A DNA stretch of 20,000 nt from IMG/VR virus record IMGVR_UViG_3300031232_000001, one strand, 5' to 3'. The notes under the pieces are model-generated. The model was not told the DNA's origin and searched no databases. It saw only the letters and a list, made by a program, of their open reading frames with translations. Shown piece by piece: positions 15,528 to 20,000 of this stretch; within the stretch, counting starts at the first letter, position 1, and each line of letters opens with the position of its first letter. The translations under genes and the position numbers were made by a program. The stretch is from an uncultured virus (IMG/VR IMGVR_UViG_3300031232_000001) (lineage: Duplodnaviria; Heunggongvirae; Uroviricota; Caudoviricetes).

Positions 15528-15894
15528 TTTTAGACATTATAAATTCGTAGCATAAATCCATAAAACGGACGGCATCTTCACAAGATAAACTGATTAAGGC
15601 TTCCTTTTTCACGGCATCTCGTCCAACTTTACCTTCCATAGAAACAAAGGCTTCATAGAATTTAGTAACAAACGGACTAATCCAAACATTCCAACCTTCT
15701 TTATAATCCCCTACTAAAAAGATAAAAAGTTCAGCCTGTTGAATAACATCCTCATTCTGATTACAAACGATTAAACCGCCATCAGCATCGATTTCCTCGC
15801 TAATAAAAATAAATTTATACGGGAGGAATAAAGTATGAGTTAATTTTGTACCTTTTTTAGTTCTTAAAAGGTTAAATGCAAAATCTCTGGTCAT
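15520..15894 (-). CDS. Hypothetical protein, 124 aa
   Basis: Start moved to ATG 15894 (MTRDFAF..KGTKLTH..F), because the longer track start runs through a GC-rich hairpin. Confidence 0.7.
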   Translation of the reverse strand: MTRDFAFNLLRTKKGTKLTHTLFLPYKFIFISEEIDADGGLIVCNQNEDVIQQAELFIFLVGDYKEGWNVWISPFVTKFYEAFVSMEGKVGRDAVKKEALISLSCEDAVRFMDLCYEFIMSKID

Positions 15895-16116
15895 AACATT
15901 AAAATTTAATTGGTTATACCTAGGAAACCCCGGCACTATACAGAACCGGGGTATTTTCAAAACCAATTAACCATTTTTAATTACTCTATTTAGGGCAGAT
16001 TTTACTCATGTGGTAAAGCTTTCAGAAGTCAGTAACCACTAGCCCGCATAATACACCTCCTTTTTAGTTGTTATAAACTAGTTTTGCTTATAAATTAATT
16101 AACTCTCAGTACTGAC

Positions 16117-16145
16117 AAAACCTCATAACCCGAAGATTATGAGGT
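16117..16145 (-). terminator. UUCG-capped hairpin followed by a short U tract (weak terminator or processing signal)
   Basis: Minus-strand ACCTCATAATC-TTCG-GGTTATGAGGT-TTTG: 11-bp stem with a C(UUCG)G tetraloop. Confidence 0.55.
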
Positions 16146-16147
16146 AA

Positions 16148-16179
16148 GAAAAAATGGATAGCTTCACAGTGTATCCATT
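16148..16179 (-). terminator. Intrinsic terminator after the Lys-rich gene
   Basis: Minus-strand AATGGATA-11 nt-TATCCATT-TTTT, about 40 nt after the stop at 16221. Confidence 0.6.
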
Positions 16180-16220
16180 GAGCAACCAATTAACAAATAA
16201 ATCACCTATGAAAAAATTGC

Positions 16221-16901
16221 TTATTTCTTTACACGTGTTTCGGCAATATACATATAGATTTGAACACGTGCCGAAATGAATGTTTTATCTGTAATATTCT
16301 TTTTCGTTTTGTACGCCTCGGTAAAAGCCTTCATGATTGTGTCCTCTTTTGCCTTTGCATTATATAGACGAATTGCAAGGTTCTCCATCGATTCTGTTTT
16401 TGCTGTCTGGTCTGTCTTTGCTGAAACAACCGGTTTTTTATCGGTTTTAGCTGGTTTAACGGCTTCTTTTTCTTCTTTGACAATAGTTATTAGCTTCTTT
16501 TTTGCAGGTGTTTTTTCAATTGCTGTGGCAGGCTTTGCAGATTCTGGAAAAGGTTTTCCGTATTTTAAATTTGCTTTTTCAGCTATTTTGGAAGTCTGAG
16601 GAATTGTGTTTGTTATTTTCGTTTCTTTTACAGCCTTCCACTTGTTTGCTCTCAAATCAGACAAATTTTTAAGATATAATTTTTGTTTGTCTGCAGACAA
16701 TTTCATAAACTTTCCAAGCTCTGTTGCAAGTGCATCGGCGTTGGAGATGGCTGGGTTTGATTTGTGAAGGTTTTTGAAAATACGAACATTATTGGTGTCT
16801 AGTTCGTTGATACTTTCAATTGTAGTTTTACCGTTTAAAACTTTCTTTGTTTTTGCAGCGGCTTTAATGTTCTTTTTCATTGTGGAATCTAATGTTTTCA
16901 T
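16221..16901 (-). CDS. Lys/Ala/Thr-rich basic protein (histone-H1-like composition) with C-terminal domain paralogous to 5201..6043
   Basis: Basic low-complexity linkers (KTPAKKK, VKPAKTDKKP). C-terminal ES...KA.E.TI...F...YK...TD..FI..R.QIYM.IA. Confidence 0.8.
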   Translation of the reverse strand: MKTLDSTMKKNIKAAAKTKKVLNGKTTIESINELDTNNVRIFKNLHKSNPAISNADALATELGKFMKLSADKQKLYLKNLSDLRANKWKAVKETKITNTIPQTSKIAEKANLKYGKPFPESAKPATAIEKTPAKKKLITIVKEEKEAVKPAKTDKKPVVSAKTDQTAKTESMENLAIRLYNAKAKEDTIMKAFTEAYKTKKNITDKTFISARVQIYMYIAETRVKK

Positions 16902-16925
16902 GATTTTTATATTTAGTTTGAATTT

Positions 16926-17243
16926 TTAAAATTGTATTATGATTTGATAATCGTTTTTACAAGTATATACTATTGCATAATTAGGCAATGCAGGGGCTTT
17001 ACTTAGATAATTAACCCTAATTTGAATGGATGTACAAATGTTGTGTTTAAATATATAAATAACTTGACCGTAAAGCTCAAAATAATTTAACATTAGGGAA
17101 TCTGCCCGTCCGATTACGTAATTTGGCAGCCCTCCTTTTAAGGATTTTAAGGCAATCTGATCTTTGCCTATACTTTGCTCAATTTGTCCGAATGATATTA
17201 TACAGAACATAAGAGCCACGACAGTCATACATATTGTTTTCAT
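16926..17243 (-). CDS. Exported protein with Sec signal peptide
   Basis: MKTICMTVVALMFCIISFG/Q: basic n-region, hydrophobic core, Gln at +1 as is typical for Bacteroidota. Confidence 0.75.
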   Translation of the reverse strand: MKTICMTVVALMFCIISFGQIEQSIGKDQIALKSLKGGLPNYVIGRADSLMLNYFELYGQVIYIFKHNICTSIQIRVNYLSKAPALPNYAIVYTCKNDYQIIIQF

Positions 17244-17255
17244 GATCGTTGGTTT

Positions 17256-17411
17256 TTAAGATTTTATTAAATGATAAGCTATTAATAGTTTACTTTCTTC
17301 TAACTCTCTTTTAAAATTTGAGAGTTTATTTTCCATAATTTTAATGACATACATTTGATGTTCAATCTGTCTGTTTGTTTCTTCAATTTGTTTTTTGATT
17401 TCTGCTTCCAT
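17256..17411 (-). CDS. Small coiled-coil protein, 51 aa
   Basis: MEAEIKKQIEETNRQIEHQ... with heptad pattern. AAATC-ATG start at 17411 matches neighbouring genes and avoids overlap. Confidence 0.6.
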   Translation of the reverse strand: MEAEIKKQIEETNRQIEHQMYVIKIMENKLSNFKRELEESKLLIAYHLIKS

Positions 17412-17430
17412 GATTTCGGTATTTACGTTA

Positions 17431-17676
17431 TTATTTAAAATCTGACCAATTTGTGTCAAAATTATAATCGTTTTTTAACTCTCTGCTTGCCTCAAGATCC
17501 GCAGCAATTTCTATAAATTCGTCGAATGCAATAGTTTTGGAAATTTCGTTTCTTTTTGCATAATCATCTATTCGTTTATCAATAGATTCAGTAGTGGTTT
17601 TAAATGTTCTACATGCATTAGCATATGTTAATACCATGTAAAAACGAGGTCTTGGTTGAATTTCAATTATTATCAT
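17431..17676 (-). CDS. Hypothetical protein, 81 aa (first gene of the early operon)
   Basis: ACAATC-ATG start after the long leader. Confidence 0.65.
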   Translation of the reverse strand: MIIIEIQPRPRFYMVLTYANACRTFKTTTESIDKRIDDYAKRNEISKTIAFDEFIEIAADLEASRELKNDYNFDTNWSDFK

Positions 17677-17699
17677 GATTGTATGTTTTAAAATGTTAA

Positions 17700-18030
17700 T
17701 ATCTTTCTAAATTACTCATAAAATTTGTCCAACAGGGAGCATGGGAAGTATTTTACAAGTTTTGCAGTCTTTCAGTTGAACTTGGTTGCTAATCGAATAG
17801 CGTACGCATTAAACATTTGTTAATTGATTACTTTGCTTAATCGTCCAAGTTATAGTGTATCAGCGATATGGCGGATTGTGAATTGCCGAACAGGTTTAGG
17901 ACTTACGGATGCCTAAGCGGAGAGACTAGCACAACTGTGGCAGTCATTTATGAATCTTGGTCTCTCGGTTCACTGATTTTCAGAATGTCAAAAAACGTGT
18001 GCGCCAGTTGCGCGGAAGTGTGTGTTTCAA
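17700..18030 (-). ncRNA. Candidate structured leader / ncRNA of the early operon
   Basis: Interval with no ORF of 60 aa or more, GC-richer, downstream of a promoter. Several nested helices: 17859-17866/17970-17977, 17920-17926/17960-17966, 17896-17900/17912-17916, 17779-17785/17845-17851. Confidence 0.45.
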
Positions 18031-18038
18031 TTATGATG

Positions 18039-18070
18039 TAAATGTACGGTAAGAAACCACACACTCCAAA
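18039..18070 (-). promoter_or_regulatory. Bacteroidota-type early promoter
   Basis: Minus-strand TTTG (18070-18067), 20 nt spacer, TACATTTA (18046-18039): one mismatch to TAnnTTTG, with the same TACATTT core as the 6098 and 10383 promoters. Confidence 0.6.
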
Positions 18071-18249
18071 TCTGAATATCAGATAGTTAAGGCATAAAAT
18101 TTAGTGGTAACTTATTGTTTACCACGCATTTAACCTCTTTTAAAATTTATTTTAAAGAAAGTTTAAAAAAATTGAATTTCCTAGAAAACACTAGAGGTCT
18201 AGTCTCCTAGAGTTTGGCAATAAAATTTAAAGAATGTTTAGAAAAGACA

Positions 18250-18282
18250 TTTGGAAGTATCAAATAATACTTTATAATTTTA
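18250..18282 (+). promoter_or_regulatory. Candidate promoter for the terminase operon
   Basis: TTTG (18250-18253), 21 nt spacer, TAATTTTA (18275-18282), 35 nt before the terS ATG. Confidence 0.4.
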
Positions 18283-18317
18283 GTCTTTCAAAATTTGAAA
18301 ATTAAAATTTACTATCA

Positions 18318-18938
18318 ATGATCAGAACTAAATTTCCAGCAAAACAACAAAGCAGATCCACATATTTTCCTTACTATAAAAAAAATCATTCTGCAAAGAG
18401 TGTTCCAGTTAAGTGGAATCCCTTGTATCTCTCAATACTTGAAAAACTATTTGAAAAAGGATGCACACAGCGGGAAATATCAGAAATATTGAATATAAGC
18501 AAGGATACTATTTCATATTGGTTAAGATCAAAGGACTCAGTAAAACAGGCACAAATACGCGGCGAAAAAGAAATGATCGAAAAAGTAAAACGATCCTATT
18601 ATGAATTGGCAATAGGATATGAACATCCCGACACCGTTATACTAACAAATAGAGTAACAAAATATGATAAAGAGGGAAAACCCCTGTACTCATATACCAA
18701 ACCCCTGAAAGTTCCCATAATAAAACATTATCCTCCCAATGCATACGCCTGTCATAAAATTCTGACAATAAAAGATCGGGAAAATTGGATGGACGTACAA
18801 AAAATAGAAAATCAATTGCAAATAAACATTCAAAACAATATAGATTTATCTGATTTTTCCGATGTAGAACTGGAAGCCCTCGAAAAAGTAGGAATAAAAC
18901 AGTTGGCAATAAATGCATTGGAAAACCATAATAATTAA
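18318..18938 (+). CDS. terS: Terminase small subunit
   Basis: HTH (GCTQREISEILNISKDTISYW), then SYYELAIGYEH...KHYPPN...RENW. Directly upstream of terL. Confidence 0.8.
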   Translation: MIRTKFPAKQQSRSTYFPYYKKNHSAKSVPVKWNPLYLSILEKLFEKGCTQREISEILNISKDTISYWLRSKDSVKQAQIRGEKEMIEKVKRSYYELAIGYEHPDTVILTNRVTKYDKEGKPLYSYTKPLKVPIIKHYPPNAYACHKILTIKDRENWMDVQKIENQLQINIQNNIDLSDFSDVELEALEKVGIKQLAINALENHNN

Positions 18939-18947
18939 AAACAGAGA

Positions 18948-20000
18948 ATGAACGACACCCTTCCCATATTAGATAATAACGTACTGATAAAAGAAACTCT
19001 GTCCAATAAAAAAGATAGGGCCTTTAAAGCGTTATTAACTCCAATGCAAATACGGAGGGAAATAAATAACCGTTCACTGCATAAATTCTTAATATATTTC
19101 TGGCCTGTAATATCCAACCAAGCTTACCAAGACAATTGGCATGTGGAAATACTTTGTAAAGAATTAGAAGAAATTGCATATAGAGTAGGAAATAGACAAC
19201 CAAAACTACATGATCTGATAATAAATATACCTCCAGGAACAACAAAAACAATAATATGTAGTATAGTATTCCCCGTATGGTGTTGGACGAAATGGTATTG
19301 GATGAGATTTATAACAGTATCCTATAGTAGTGCATTATCGTTAGAGAGTGCGGAATATTCCCGTGACCTAGTAAAATCGGAACAGTTTAAGGCTGTATAT
19401 CCGGAGCTGGACATCAAGCTAGATAAGGATACCAAATCTAACTTCAAAGTTGTAAAAAAGGAAATTGGTAGAATAGGATTTATGCCTCGTCAGTTAAATG
19501 GTGGTAATAGATATTCAACTTCCGTTGGTGGAACACTGACAGGATTCCATGCAGATATATTAATTTGGGATGACCCATTGAATCCTCAAGAGGCGGTAAG
19601 TGCAAAGGAATTGGAAAATACAAATAGGTGGATAGATCAAACCCTCCCGACTCGTAAAACTGATAAACGTATTTCCACTACAATTGGAATAATGCAGCGA
19701 TTAAATCAAGATGACCCCACAGGACACATCCTCGCTAAAAAGAAAAAGAATGTCCGCCATATATGTCTCCCCGGTGAAATAGAAAACTACAAGGAACAAG
19801 TATATCCACCCGAGCTTGCAAAATATTATGTAAATAATCTCCTAGACCCAGGACGGATGGATTGGGGAGTATTGAAGGATTTAGAGGCTGATTTAGGACA
19901 GTATGGTTATGCAGGTCAAATAGGACAAAATCCAACCCCTCCTGGCGGGGCTATGTTTCAGGTAGATCACTTTCAAACAATAGATCATCTTCCAGCATCA
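18948..20000 (+). CDS. terL: Terminase large subunit (3' end truncated; not in ORF track)
   Basis: Hand translation from ATG 18948: ...NWHVEILC...LIINIPPGTTKT (Walker A)...FITVSYS...STSVGGTLTGFHADILIWDDP (Walker B)...IMQRLNQDDPTG...YAGQIGQNP. Confidence 0.93.
   Translation, partial: MNDTLPILDNNVLIKETLSNKKDRAFKALLTPMQIRREINNRSLHKFLIYFWPVISNQAYQDNWHVEILCKELEEIAYRVGNRQPKLHDLIINIPPGTTKTIICSIVFPVWCWTKWYWMRFITVSYSSALSLESAEYSRDLVKSEQFKAVYPELDIKLDKDTKSNFKVVKKEIGRIGFMPRQLNGGNRYSTSVGGTLTGFHADILIWDDPLNPQEAVSAKELENTNRWIDQTLPTRKTDKRISTTIGIMQRLNQDDPTGHILAKKKKNVRHICLPGEIENYKEQVYPPELAKYYVNNLLDPGRMDWGVLKDLEADLGQYGYAGQIGQNPTPPGGAMFQVDHFQTIDHLPAS

Noticed and set aside
15985..16045. Possible hammerhead ribozyme (CTGA and GAAA present)
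   Set aside because: No CUGANGA core with correctly placed stems on either strand.
14359..16599. Plus-strand ORFs 14359..14541 and 16276..16599
   Set aside because: Antisense to the SNF2 and Lys-rich genes; the hydrophobic composition is a mirror artefact.
17779..17851. Cloverleaf-like fold as a canonical tRNA gene
   Set aside because: The T-like arm has a 4-bp stem and 6-nt loop, there is no conserved D-loop GG, and there is no proper acceptor end. Kept only as part of the leader RNA finding.
18637..19935. Minus-strand ORFs within the terminase genes
   Set aside because: Antisense to terS and to terL, which the track missed only because it runs off the window.
1..20000. Stop-codon reassignment as seen in some Bacteroidota phages
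   Set aside because: Genes are full length and tightly packed under the standard code, and TAA, TGA and TAG all appear to act as stops.

Overview
AT-rich dsDNA phage (or prophage) segment, probably infecting Bacteroidota. This rests on TTTG-N20-TAnnTTTG promoters, mostly SD-less A-rich starts, and a signal peptide ending in ..FG/Q. Positions 1-17676 are a minus-strand early/replication arm. In transcription order it carries small early genes, a Cys-x-x repeat protein, a HARP-SNF2 helicase, primase, a replication initiator with internal iteron-like repeats, and a DnaB-like helicase. These are followed by a 7-deazaguanine DNA-modification cluster (queD, queE, folE, a DpdL-like T-fold protein, a B12-type radical SAM enzyme, a GT-B glycosyltransferase, a DpdA-like transglycosylase) and a partial beta sliding clamp. 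After a divergent non-coding switch region (~17677-18317), the plus strand encodes the small and (partial) large terminase. Most notable: (1) the cluster has no queC/queF in the window but adds a cobalamin-type radical SAM and a QTMAN/GTDC1-like glycosyltransferase, suggesting an undescribed hypermodified 7-deazaguanine base; (2) the DpdA looks circularly permuted; (3) a kissing-loop attenuator precedes the initiator gene; (4) an acidic and a basic protein share a 51-aa domain; (5) there is a ~330-nt structured early leader RNA. Family assignments come from motif recognition by eye and memory; no searches were run.
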